Below are positions 56,009 through 64,000 of a stretch of DNA of 64,000 bases, one piece after another. Under the pieces are notes generated by a model that saw only the letters and a program-made list of their open reading frames with translations, made no database searches and was not told the DNA's origin. Position 1 is the first letter of the stretch. Each line of letters opens with the position of its first letter. Location of the stretch: assembly GCA_903926205.1 (NCBI GenBank), contig CAIYID010000060.1, forward strand, positions 8,242-72,241, given 5' to 3'. This DNA is from an uncultured Bdellovibrionales bacterium. GTDB lineage: Bacteria; Bdellovibrionota; Bdellovibrionia; Bdellovibrionales; Bdellovibrionaceae. The translations under genes were made by a program, and so were the position numbers.

Positions 56009-58225
56009 CTAAGTCAACGAATTCGCGAGCAGCATTTCACGGTACTTCGGAAGTGGCCACAAATCATTCGCAACCAAGGTCTCTGCATAATCACAAGCTT
56101 TGCGCAATTTTTCTGCCGCCGGCTGAAGCACGGTCACGATTTCTTTCATGCGCTCTTCTTCGTTGTGCTTTTGGCGAGCAAGGTTCACTTTTTCGCTGAA
56201 CTCCTCCAACGAGGTTAGCACTTCAACAAAAGTTTTTTCAAACTCGGATTTGCGACGACCATTCGCTTTTTTAAGGGCTTCGTTTTCAATAGCCTTCTGA
56301 GTGTGCTCAAAAGTTAAAAGCTGTTTTTCCAGAGCTGGAATCACGAAACTTTGAACCATTTCAATCATCGTGTCGTGCTCAAGATCAAGAGTCTTAATGT
56401 AGCGTTCGACATTGATATGATACCGACTGGCAAGTTCTTCCGCAGAAAAAACTTTCGTTTCAACTAAGAAAGCCGTTGCTTTCTTATCAGCCATTACAGC
56501 CAAAGCATCAACAGTAGTATTTAAAATTGGCAGGCCCCGTTTTTTAGCTTCTACTTTCCATTCTTCAGAATAGCCATTCCCATCGAAACGAATATTTTTT
56601 GACTCTTTGACGGATTGACGAATGAATTCAAGAACCGCTTCATCGCGATTTGCCTTAGTTTTCATAATGTCTTTTAACGTCACTGCGGCTTGTTTAAAAG
56701 AATAAGCCACGGCTGCATTCAAAATTGTCATCGGCACTGCCACATTAGCAGAAGAGCCCACCGCACGAAATTCAAATTTATTTCCAGTGAAGGCAAAAGG
56801 ACTGGTACGATTACGATCGGTGTAATCTTTCGAAATATTTGGAATTTTACTGACACCCAAATCAATGAGCTGCTGCTCACTGGCTTTTAGGACTTTACCC
56901 GCCTCTATGGAATTTAAAATTTCTTCAAGCATGCTTCCTAAAAATGCAGAAATAATCGCTGGAGGCGCTTCGTTAGCGCCTAGGCGATGATCATTGCCGG
57001 GGGCCGCGATGGAGGCTCGCAACATATCTGAGTGATCGTGAACCGCTTTTAAAACCACGGCCAAAACTGCTAAGAAACGCAAGTTTTGATGAGGAGTGTG
57101 ACCAGGCTCCAAAAGATTTTCACCTTTGTCGTTGGCGATACTCCAGTTATTATGTTTTCCGCTGCCATTAATTCCTGAGAATGGTTTTTCGTGAAGCAAA
57201 CAAACAAAGCCATGCTTTAAAGCAACTCGCTTTAATACTTCCATAGTCAGAGTATTATGATCAGCCGCAATATTCACATCTTCAAAAATAGGAGCGAGTT
57301 CAAACTGGCTGGGCGCCACTTCGTTATGACGGGTTTTCACCGGAATGCCCAGCTTGAAAAGTTCGCCTTCACTGTCTTGCATGAAGTTTTTCACTCGCGA
57401 TGGTATCGAACCAAAATAATGATCTTCTAATTGCTGCCCACGCGCCGAAGTCGCGCCCAAAAGAGTACGGCCTGTCATATATATATCTGGACGTTGTGCG
57501 ACGAAAGCGCGATCAATCAAAAAGTACTCTTGCTCAGCACCTAAAGTGCAAGAAATTTTCTTTACATCAATATCACCAATCAGTTTCAAAAACTCACAAC
57601 CAGCATCAGAGATACTTTCCACCGAGCGAAGCAGCGGTGTCTTGTTGTCCAAAGCTTGTCCGTGATAACCGAAAAAAACCGTTGGAATACAGAGAGTTTT
57701 TTCTTGCTCATCTTCCACAATAAAAATTGGAGATGAAGGATCCCAAGCGGTGTAACCACGAGCTTCGAAGGTTGATCTCATTCCACCACTTGGAAAACTG
57801 GAAGCATCGGGCTCCCCCTGAATCAATTGGCTGCCTGTGAATCTTTCGATCACACTCAGTTCAGAATGATAGGCATGTTGAATTGAAATAAAAGCATCAT
57901 GCTTTTCAGCTGTTGAACCGGTCATTGGCTGAAACCAGTGACAGAAGTGAGTCACTCCTTTTGATACAGCCCATTCTTTAATTGCAAGGGCGGCGGCCTC
58001 TGAGGTTTCTTTATTAAGTTTTTTTCCGTTTTCCAAAGTTTTCAACAAAGAGGTGTAGGCTTCCTTTGGAAGTTTTTCGCGCATTTGACTCAAGCCAAAG
58101 GTCATACAACCAAAATACTCAGAGATTGGCTTTTCACGACCATGCTCGTCTTTTAATTGAATGATTTTTTTTGCGGGAGTGGTGACTGCGGTTTTAAAAG
58201 CACTGGTACGATCGTGTATTGACAT
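56009..58225 (-). CDS. glnN: Glutamine synthetase type III
   Basis: 738 aa, the length and blocks typical of GSIII (ISEYFG, HWFQP, GSGKHNNWS, NRTSPFAFTGNKFEFR). Confidence 0.9.
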   Translation of the reverse strand: MSIHDRTSAFKTAVTTPAKKIIQLKDEHGREKPISEYFGCMTFGLSQMREKLPKEAYTSLLKTLENGKKLNKETSEAAALAIKEWAVSKGVTHFCHWFQPMTGSTAEKHDAFISIQHAYHSELSVIERFTGSQLIQGEPDASSFPSGGMRSTFEARGYTAWDPSSPIFIVEDEQEKTLCIPTVFFGYHGQALDNKTPLLRSVESISDAGCEFLKLIGDIDVKKISCTLGAEQEYFLIDRAFVAQRPDIYMTGRTLLGATSARGQQLEDHYFGSIPSRVKNFMQDSEGELFKLGIPVKTRHNEVAPSQFELAPIFEDVNIAADHNTLTMEVLKRVALKHGFVCLLHEKPFSGINGSGKHNNWSIANDKGENLLEPGHTPHQNLRFLAVLAVVLKAVHDHSDMLRASIAAPGNDHRLGANEAPPAIISAFLGSMLEEILNSIEAGKVLKASEQQLIDLGVSKIPNISKDYTDRNRTSPFAFTGNKFEFRAVGSSANVAVPMTILNAAVAYSFKQAAVTLKDIMKTKANRDEAVLEFIRQSVKESKNIRFDGNGYSEEWKVEAKKRGLPILNTTVDALAVMADKKATAFLVETKVFSAEELASRYHINVERYIKTLDLEHDTMIEMVQSFVIPALEKQLLTFEHTQKAIENEALKKANGRRKSEFEKTFVEVLTSLEEFSEKVNLARQKHNEEERMKEIVTVLQPAAEKLRKACDYAETLVANDLWPLPKYREMLLANSLT

Positions 58226-58329
58226 AGAGTCATTCCTTTCCTGTTGAAACTTAATTGCTTCAAGAAGATTCTGCTCAGTCCAATTTTTTTAGGCTTTTGA
58301 AAAATGTATTTCGCAACCTATTTTACGTT

Positions 58330-58725
58330 TTACTCATCCTCGTCTTTTTCTTCGTCCTCGTCCTCTTCATCGTCATCATCAAGATCTTCGTCCTCGTCGA
58401 TATCGTCCATATCGTCTTCGGATTCGATTTTAAGGAGCCACGCATCGTATGGATCTTCCATAATAATAGAGGCATCTTCCATCACTGCGGCATTGATTTC
58501 GATAATTTTTCCAGAAACTGGAGTGTAAATATCCAAAGGTCCGTCGCTTGTTTCGATGGCACCAATCACAACATCCGCTTCAACTTCTTCTTGTTCTTGA
58601 GGAAGCTCGAGGGTTTCAATTTCAGTGATTTCTTCTAAGCCTTCTTCATTAACACCAATGGTGTAGATATTGCCTTCACGAAGAACCCAAAGGTAACCCA
58701 TAAAATTGCGATATTCGTCTGACAT
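58330..58725 (-). CDS. GcvH-like (lipoyl-domain fold) protein lacking the lipoyl lysine, with polyacidic C-terminal tail
   Basis: 131 aa from ATG 58725 (RBS GGAGG). Aligns by eye with GcvH (YTIGV..., DIYTPVSGKIIEIN, EDPYDAWLLKI), but the ESVKA lipoylation site reads ETSDG. It ends in ~35 residues of D/E. Confidence 0.55.
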   Translation of the reverse strand: MSDEYRNFMGYLWVLREGNIYTIGVNEEGLEEITEIETLELPQEQEEVEADVVIGAIETSDGPLDIYTPVSGKIIEINAAVMEDASIIMEDPYDAWLLKIESEDDMDDIDEDEDLDDDDEEDEDEEKDEDE

Positions 58726-58782
58726 TTTGACCTCCACCGAAGATTCGTAAAAAAGATTTCCACGAATTTAGGCAGTAGGCAA

Positions 58783-59085
58783 TTAGAGTTCGTCGATTTC
58801 GCAATCTTCTTGCGACAAACGGCAAGAATCTGAAGTCTCAGAAAAGAAACTGCATTTTTCAAAGGCAGTTTTTAAGGCAGATTCTTTGTTCTTTTCAAAA
58901 CCAGGGAAATTACGGGCAGCTGAGTCCGTTGCGTAACAGGTCCAAAAATTATCGTTACTATTGCTAGAGCTATTATTACCTTGATCGAGAAGAAAGTCAG
59001 GCTTTGGCGCTTGAGTTGCAGAAAATGAAGTGACAGAAATAAGCAAGAAAAACGCAAAAATTGCTAAAAAATTTATTTTGATCAT
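58783..59085 (-). CDS. Small secreted Cys-containing protein
   Basis: 100 aa. Signal peptide (FLAIFAFFLLISVTSFSA), an N/S-rich linker and 4 Cys in the mature part. Confidence 0.45.
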   Translation of the reverse strand: MIKINFLAIFAFFLLISVTSFSATQAPKPDFLLDQGNNSSSNSNDNFWTCYATDSAARNFPGFEKNKESALKTAFEKCSFFSETSDSCRLSQEDCEIDEL

Positions 59086-59341
59086 CGATTCCCCCAGTAA
59101 ATTCCAGAGCTTTGAGCTCTATGTTGCTACCAGGACGAAACGAGAGCAAGAACAATGCCATTACGTCCTGGATCAAAATGCACACAAAATAATATACTGC
59201 ACTGAATTTTCTGAAGTTTTAACTCTATATTTGTTTGCCGGCACTGTGTGTTTTTGGTAACAGGATGTCCACATTGTTTTGTAAGGTTACCTAGACCAAG
59301 AGTTGTAATTTAAGTCAGGAATTTTCAGAGGGGGGAATTCG

Positions 59342-59941
59342 ATGATGGAGATGAAAATCTTTACCTATGGTTCAATGAGCGAAGGCTTTGTTCATTTTGA
59401 TAAGATCAAAGATTTTATACTGAGAAACGCTGCGGCGCGATCCATGGGTCGAGTTTATCGATTAAAAGTGGGGTTCCCGGTTTTTGTCGAAAACGGTGGA
59501 GATTTAGTTCCTGGTTCCCTTTTGACTCTAAAAAATAATGAATTATTGCTCAATATTTTAGACGAGTTTCACGGAGTGAACCGGGATGATCGAGAGAAAT
59601 CTCTTTATTTTAGAAATAAAGTGGATGTTGAAACGGAACATGGACCAGACAAAGCTTGGGTTTATTCGTTCAATCCAGCTAAATTGCCAAAGACGGCGGT
59701 TTTGATAGTAGGCGGCGATTGGATGTCTTCCCTACATCAAGAGCCCGCGTTGACGGCGAAACTGACCGACCGCCAAAAAAATTATATCTGCCGACTGGCG
59801 AATATTTCAGGACGAGAAATTGTGCCGATTAATGATCTTTCACTCTATCGAGAGTTAATGAATCTTGAATTAATCGTCGACAAAGGCCGACGGCTTGCGC
59901 TATCCAAGCTCGGTTATGAAGTTCACAGATACCTCGAATAA
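59342..59941 (+). CDS. Gamma-glutamylcyclotransferase (AIG2/GGACT)-like protein with extra C-terminal domain
   Basis: 199 aa. KIFTYGSM...G...GRVYRL...FPVFV...VPGSLL...LDEFHG follows the GGCT-like pattern. A ~70 aa C-terminal extension is unassigned. Confidence 0.45.
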   Translation: MMEMKIFTYGSMSEGFVHFDKIKDFILRNAAARSMGRVYRLKVGFPVFVENGGDLVPGSLLTLKNNELLLNILDEFHGVNRDDREKSLYFRNKVDVETEHGPDKAWVYSFNPAKLPKTAVLIVGGDWMSSLHQEPALTAKLTDRQKNYICRLANISGREIVPINDLSLYRELMNLELIVDKGRRLALSKLGYEVHRYLE

Positions 59942-60521
59942 TAAACCGACGTGGGAAAAAGCAGAATCTTGGAGCAATAAAATCCTGGTTCAAGGGCGGC
60001 CTCATTTAACGAAGCCGCACCTTTTCCATGTTGCCCTTATTGAACCCGAGATTCCCCAGAATACTGGAAATATTGGGCGCACCTGCGTGGCCGCTCACAG
60101 CGATCTACACTTAGTCGGAAATCTAGGCTTCAACATCACTGATACCAATCTTAAAAGAGCCGGTCTTGATTATTGGGAACATCTCACGTGGACTCATCAC
60201 GCCAATATTTCAGAATGGGAAACTCAATTATCGAATCCTAAGCGAGCTTTCTATCTTTCTGCCAAGGCCGACCTTCACTATACAGAAGTTCAATTTCAAA
60301 AAGACGATTGGCTAGTCTTCGGTAAGGAAACAAAGGGACTTCCAGACGATCTAATGCTTCGCAACAAGGAACAGCTCCTCTTGATTCCATTACTTGGTCC
60401 GGCTCGTGGGCTCAATGTTGCAACGGCTGTGGCGGTGGTTCTTTATGAAGGCATACGACAATTACAATCTAGAGGCGAGCTCGACTCAACTTATCTTGAT
60501 GTTCAATGGGGTAAGCTCTAG
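59916..60521 (+). CDS. trmL: tRNA (cytidine/uridine-2'-O)-methyltransferase TrmL (SpoU/TrmH family)
   Basis: VALIEPEIPQNTGNIGRTC, LVFGKETKGLP and NVATAVAVVLYE motifs. There is a ~35 aa N-terminal extension whichever start is used (ATG 59916 or TTG 59895). Overlaps the upstream gene end. Confidence 0.8.
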   Translation: MKFTDTSNNKPTWEKAESWSNKILVQGRPHLTKPHLFHVALIEPEIPQNTGNIGRTCVAAHSDLHLVGNLGFNITDTNLKRAGLDYWEHLTWTHHANISEWETQLSNPKRAFYLSAKADLHYTEVQFQKDDWLVFGKETKGLPDDLMLRNKEQLLLIPLLGPARGLNVATAVAVVLYEGIRQLQSRGELDSTYLDVQWGKL

Positions 60522-60533
60522 ACTAAATTGCCT

Positions 60534-63236
60534 ATGATAAATTCAGTACTTAAAGCAATATTCGGAACAAAACATGAACGTGAAATGAAGGCTCTCCAGC
60601 CGATCATTGATCAAATCAACTCCTTTGAGCCACAGATGAAGGCTTTGAGCGATTCCGCTCTGCAAGCCAAAACTCCCGAGTTTCGAGAGCGTATAGGCAA
60701 AGGCGAGACCCTGGATCAACTTTTGCCAGAGGCCTTTGCCGTTTGTCGAGAAGCCTCGTTGCGAGTTTTAGGGATGCGACACTATGATGTGCAGCTCATC
60801 GGCGGAATCACACTCCATCAAGGAAAAATCTCGGAGATGCGCACGGGTGAAGGAAAAACTCTCGTAGCCACTCTTCCCGTTTACTTGAATGCATTGACCA
60901 GCAAAGGCGTGCACGTTGTAACGGTGAACGATTACTTGGCGAAGCGGGACTCCGAATGGATGGGACGGCTCTATAAATGGTTGGGGCTTTCCATTGGAAT
61001 TATCGTTCATGATCTTTCAGATGAAGAACGACAAACGTCATATCGGTCAGATATCTGTTACTGTACTAACAACGAATTGGGCTTCGATTATCTTCGCGAC
61101 AACATGAAGTTTGATCGTGAGGAAATGGTTCAACGTCCGCACAACTACGCCATCGTGGATGAGTGTGACTCCATCTTGATTGATGAAGCGCGAACTCCGC
61201 TGATTATTTCAGGACCTGCTGAAGCCTCAACAGATAAATATTACGAAGTGAATAAAATTATCCCTCATCTCCAACGTGATAAACACTTCACGATGGAAGA
61301 AAAATCTCGCACCGCTTCTTTGACCGATGAAGGTAATAGCAAAGTTGAATCCTTAATGGGGATTGATAATCTTTACGATCCTGAACACATTGAACTTTTA
61401 CATCATATTTACCAAGGCTTGAAAGCTCACTATCTTTATAAATTAGATGTGGATTACATGATCAAAGATGGCGAAGTAGTCATCGTTGATGAATTCACGG
61501 GTCGCCTGATGCCAGGTCGTCGCTGGAGCGATGGCCTCCATCAAGCGATTGAAGCCAAAGAGGATGTGAAAGTTCGAAACGAAAATCAGACTCTCGCAAC
61601 GATCACCTTCCAAAATTATTTCCGCATGTATAAAAAACTCGCGGGAATGACTGGAACTGCGGATACTGAAGCCGTTGAGTTCAAGAAAATTTACAATCTA
61701 GAAGTCACAGTGATTCCTACTAATCGCCCCATTCGACGGGATGATGCCGACGATGTTGTTTACAAAACTGAAAAAGCAAAATTTAAAGCCATCGCTGAAG
61801 ACATCAAGGTTCATCATGAAAAAGGTCAGCCAATTTTGGTGGGAACTGTTTCTATTGAAAAATCAGAATCCCTCAGTCGGTATTTGAAAGCTGAAGGCGT
61901 TCGTCATGATGTTTTGAATGCCAAACATCATGAACGCGAGGCTGAAATCATTGCCCAAGCCGGCCGTAAAGGTGCCGTGACAATTGCCACCAATATGGCA
62001 GGTCGGGGAACTGATATTATCTTAGGAGGAAATCCTGAGATGATGGCAAAATCTGTGACCAATGCGGTTGAAGGACCTGAATACGAAGAGTCTTTGAAAA
62101 AATTCAAAGTCAGTTGTGAAGAAGAGAAAAAAGCCGTTTTAGCGGCAGGCGGATTGTACATCGTTGGAACTGAACGGCATGATTCCCGTCGTATTGATAA
62201 TCAGCTTCGAGGTCGCGCTGGTCGTCAAGGTGACCCAGGCGAATCGAAATTTTATCTCTCATTAGAAGATAATTTGATGCGAATTTTCAACGGTGAAATG
62301 ATTCAAAATATCATGAATCGATTGAAAGTTCCTGACGATGAGCCCATCACCGCAAAAATGGTGAGTCGCTCTATCGAAGGCGCCCAACGCAAAGTGGAAG
62401 GCCATAACTTCGATATTCGTAAACATTTACTCGACTATGACAATGTGATGAACCAACAACGCTCGATTATCTATGGAATGCGTAAAAAAATCATGGAAGG
62501 CGAAGGCGTAGAGCGAACTTTCCTGGATATGTTGGGAGATGTGGTTTCTTCTCTTTTGGAAACTCATGCACCAGAAGATCAGAAAAAAGAATTGTGGAAT
62601 CTGGAAGGCCTCAACACAGCTTTGCAGCAGCAATTTGGCTTACGCATTGATTTTCAAAGTTTTCCTGCGATCACGTCCGAATTGATCAGCGATTCAGTCG
62701 GCAAAATCGTTAAACAGGCTTTTGATCGTCAAAAAGCCAACCTGGGAACTTTTTATGATCAAATTCAAAAAATGATTTTGCTCCAAGCGATCGATCACCA
62801 TTGGAAAGAGCATTTAGGAAGAATTGATCGGCTGAAAGAGGGTATTAATTTGCGCGGCTATGCTCAAAAAGATCCATTGATCGAATATAAAAAAGAAGCC
62901 TTTGTAACTTTTGAACAATTGAATTTTGTAATCAAGACTGACGCCTTGGAGAAATTTTTGAAAGTGCAGATTGTTTCTTCGGAGCAAGCACAAAAAATGG
63001 AAGAGTTATTACAAGCTCCTGATTTAGATCAATTGAATTACCATGGTGCAAATGAGGCTGCGGCCGGAGGCGCTGTTACAGCTCCAACGACGGCTCTTGC
63101 TTCGCGCTCAGCGGCGGGAAATGAAGAAGAGGCTCCACAAAGAATGCGAATGCGCGCAGGCCCCCCTTCGAATGAGCCCTCTAAGCCCATGAATCGTGAA
63201 GATCGTCGACGCATGGATAAATCAAAAAGGCGGTAG
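60534..63236 (+). CDS. secA: Preprotein translocase ATPase SecA
   Basis: [11 protein letters not shown] start, Walker [13 protein letters not shown]-like [28 protein letters not shown]. The C-terminus is basic and has no Cys. Confidence 0.95.
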   Translation: MINSVLKAIFGTKHEREMKALQPIIDQINSFEPQMKALSDSALQAKTPEFRERIGKGETLDQLLPEAFAVCREASLRVLGMRHYDVQLIGGITLHQGKISEMRTGEGKTLVATLPVYLNALTSKGVHVVTVNDYLAKRDSEWMGRLYKWLGLSIGIIVHDLSDEERQTSYRSDICYCTNNELGFDYLRDNMKFDREEMVQRPHNYAIVDECDSILIDEARTPLIISGPAEASTDKYYEVNKIIPHLQRDKHFTMEEKSRTASLTDEGNSKVESLMGIDNLYDPEHIELLHHIYQGLKAHYLYKLDVDYMIKDGEVVIVDEFTGRLMPGRRWSDGLHQAIEAKEDVKVRNENQTLATITFQNYFRMYKKLAGMTGTADTEAVEFKKIYNLEVTVIPTNRPIRRDDADDVVYKTEKAKFKAIAEDIKVHHEKGQPILVGTVSIEKSESLSRYLKAEGVRHDVLNAKHHEREAEIIAQAGRKGAVTIATNMAGRGTDIILGGNPEMMAKSVTNAVEGPEYEESLKKFKVSCEEEKKAVLAAGGLYIVGTERHDSRRIDNQLRGRAGRQGDPGESKFYLSLEDNLMRIFNGEMIQNIMNRLKVPDDEPITAKMVSRSIEGAQRKVEGHNFDIRKHLLDYDNVMNQQRSIIYGMRKKIMEGEGVERTFLDMLGDVVSSLLETHAPEDQKKELWNLEGLNTALQQQFGLRIDFQSFPAITSELISDSVGKIVKQAFDRQKANLGTFYDQIQKMILLQAIDHHWKEHLGRIDRLKEGINLRGYAQKDPLIEYKKEAFVTFEQLNFVIKTDALEKFLKVQIVSSEQAQKMEELLQAPDLDQLNYHGANEAAAGGAVTAPTTALASRSAAGNEEEAPQRMRMRAGPPSNEPSKPMNREDRRRMDKSKRR

Positions 63237-63239
63237 AGC

Positions 63240-63905
63240 TTGGGGACGACTTGTCCAAAATGTGGCGCCGGCATTGACCAAGATTTTGGCTTGGTCAACT
63301 GTCCCGGATGCGGCACCGTTTTGGCCGTAGACGTAGAGGGCAATGTTCAACTGACGGAATCAAGCCCCTCTGAAAATTTCTCAGAAAGCGCCCAGAGCAG
63401 CGAAGCTTATTCCAACGAACCCGTCGAAGCTGAATTTCAAGACTTGCATGAAATGATGGAAGGCTCTTTAGCAGAGACTTCCACAAATGCTCCGACTTTA
63501 GACGCCTCTGCTATGGAAGAATTACCTTCCGTCGAAGAAGCCCGTTCTTCTCCTCCAAAAAATCAAGAAAATGAAAATCAATTCCTGCCAACTCAGGAGA
63601 TTAAAGAACAAAGTTTAAAAGAAGCTCTGGGTGAAATTAGAAATTACGGAAACAAAGATTCCTCTACAGGACCATTTAATTACAACATCATCATTGACGG
63701 TATCGATTTAGCGACGACTCGCGGTCAGCTGCAGGAGATTTTTTCCAAACCCCAATTTGGATGGGATGCCAAAGAAATGATGAAAAGAATAAAAGGTGGA
63801 ACCCTTTCGCTTGAGGGCTTATCTTCCGCACAAACAGTGATGCTCCTACGCTTGCTTCGCGGAACAAAGGTTCAAACTTCATGGAGCCAACATGTTTATT
63901 CATAA
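63240..63905 (+). CDS. Zinc-ribbon protein with acidic linker and unassigned C-terminal domain
   Basis: 221 aa from TTG 63240. N-terminal CPKCG-x14-CPGCG zinc ribbon, then an E/S-rich low-complexity region and a ~80 aa globular-looking C-terminus. Confidence 0.45.
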   Translation: MGTTCPKCGAGIDQDFGLVNCPGCGTVLAVDVEGNVQLTESSPSENFSESAQSSEAYSNEPVEAEFQDLHEMMEGSLAETSTNAPTLDASAMEELPSVEEARSSPPKNQENENQFLPTQEIKEQSLKEALGEIRNYGNKDSSTGPFNYNIIIDGIDLATTRGQLQEIFSKPQFGWDAKEMMKRIKGGTLSLEGLSSAQTVMLLRLLRGTKVQTSWSQHVYS

Positions 63906-64000
63906 AAGTTTATTTTTATTTTCAGTGATCTTCTTAACAATTTATTTTCAACCACGAAACGTATGGGCAGGAAAAGAAAAACCAGCTGAAGAGTCCAAAG
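63892..64000 (+). CDS. Partial CDS (5' end only), signal-peptide protein
   Basis: ATG 63892 overlaps the previous stop. Reads MFIHKSLFLFSVIFLTIYFQPRNVWAGKEKPAEESK and is open to the window edge. Confidence 0.3.
   Translation, partial: MFIHKSLFLFSVIFLTIYFQPRNVWAGKEKPAEESK

Noticed and set aside
58255-58638. Plus-strand ORFs including a poly-Ser product, and apparent TC/GA-rich tandem repetition at 58330-58420
   Set aside because: The repetition is the mirror image of GAT/GAA/GAC codons encoding the acidic tail of the minus-strand GcvH-like gene. It is not an independent repeat element or gene.
59130-59171. CCAGGACG...CGTCCTGG 8-bp stem with a 26-nt loop in the 256-bp divergent intergenic region
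   Set aside because: It is a single short stem with a large unstructured loop in a promoter region. It has no flanking T-tract and resembles no riboswitch or sRNA class I know.
1-64000. Search for tRNA, rRNA, CRISPR arrays, IS elements, integrases and toxin-antitoxin pairs
   Set aside because: No T-loop/acceptor-like sequences appear in the intergenic gaps. There are no regularly spaced direct repeats, and no transposase, integrase or recombinase-like ORFs. Only the decayed XRE-like fragment at 27021-27134 hints at a former addiction-type module.

Overview
Dense bacterial chromosomal window, almost all coding, with 58 complete and 1 partial protein-coding genes on both strands. I recognise no rRNA, tRNA, CRISPR array, transposase or integrase. 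Housekeeping anchors are trmB, trxB, purD, a thiolase, thyA-folA, pepF, ubiB, rnr, valS, nagZ, type III glutamine synthetase, trmO, trmL and secA. Between them lie two tandem flagellin genes, c-di-GMP and two-component parts (REC-GGDEF, REC-only, PilZ), an M23 peptidase, a PP2C phosphatase, an S1/P1-like nuclease, DUF4423/TIGR02147-like HTH genes and many orphan signal-peptide proteins. This gene content suggests a Bdellovibrio-like predatory bacterium, but that is inference only, with no marker RNA present. No canonical defence or mobile system is visible. The most interesting items are: (1) a five-gene operon joining a BMP-family nucleoside ABC importer to a secreted S1/P1-type nuclease; (2) an island of three orphan secreted proteins, the first with a papain-like Cys/His/Asp signature; (3) a DUF4423-like HTH gene divergent from a secreted orphan across a perfect 27-bp palindrome, plus a decayed paralog with its own 25-bp palindrome; (4) a duplicated Shine-Dalgarno and 4-codon uORF leader in front of the second flagellin; (5) a GcvH-like protein lacking the lipoyl lysine and carrying a polyacidic tail; (6) an orphan OppD/OppF ATPase pair co-oriented with a PilZ gene. 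All functional calls rest on motif recognition by eye and no database search was run.
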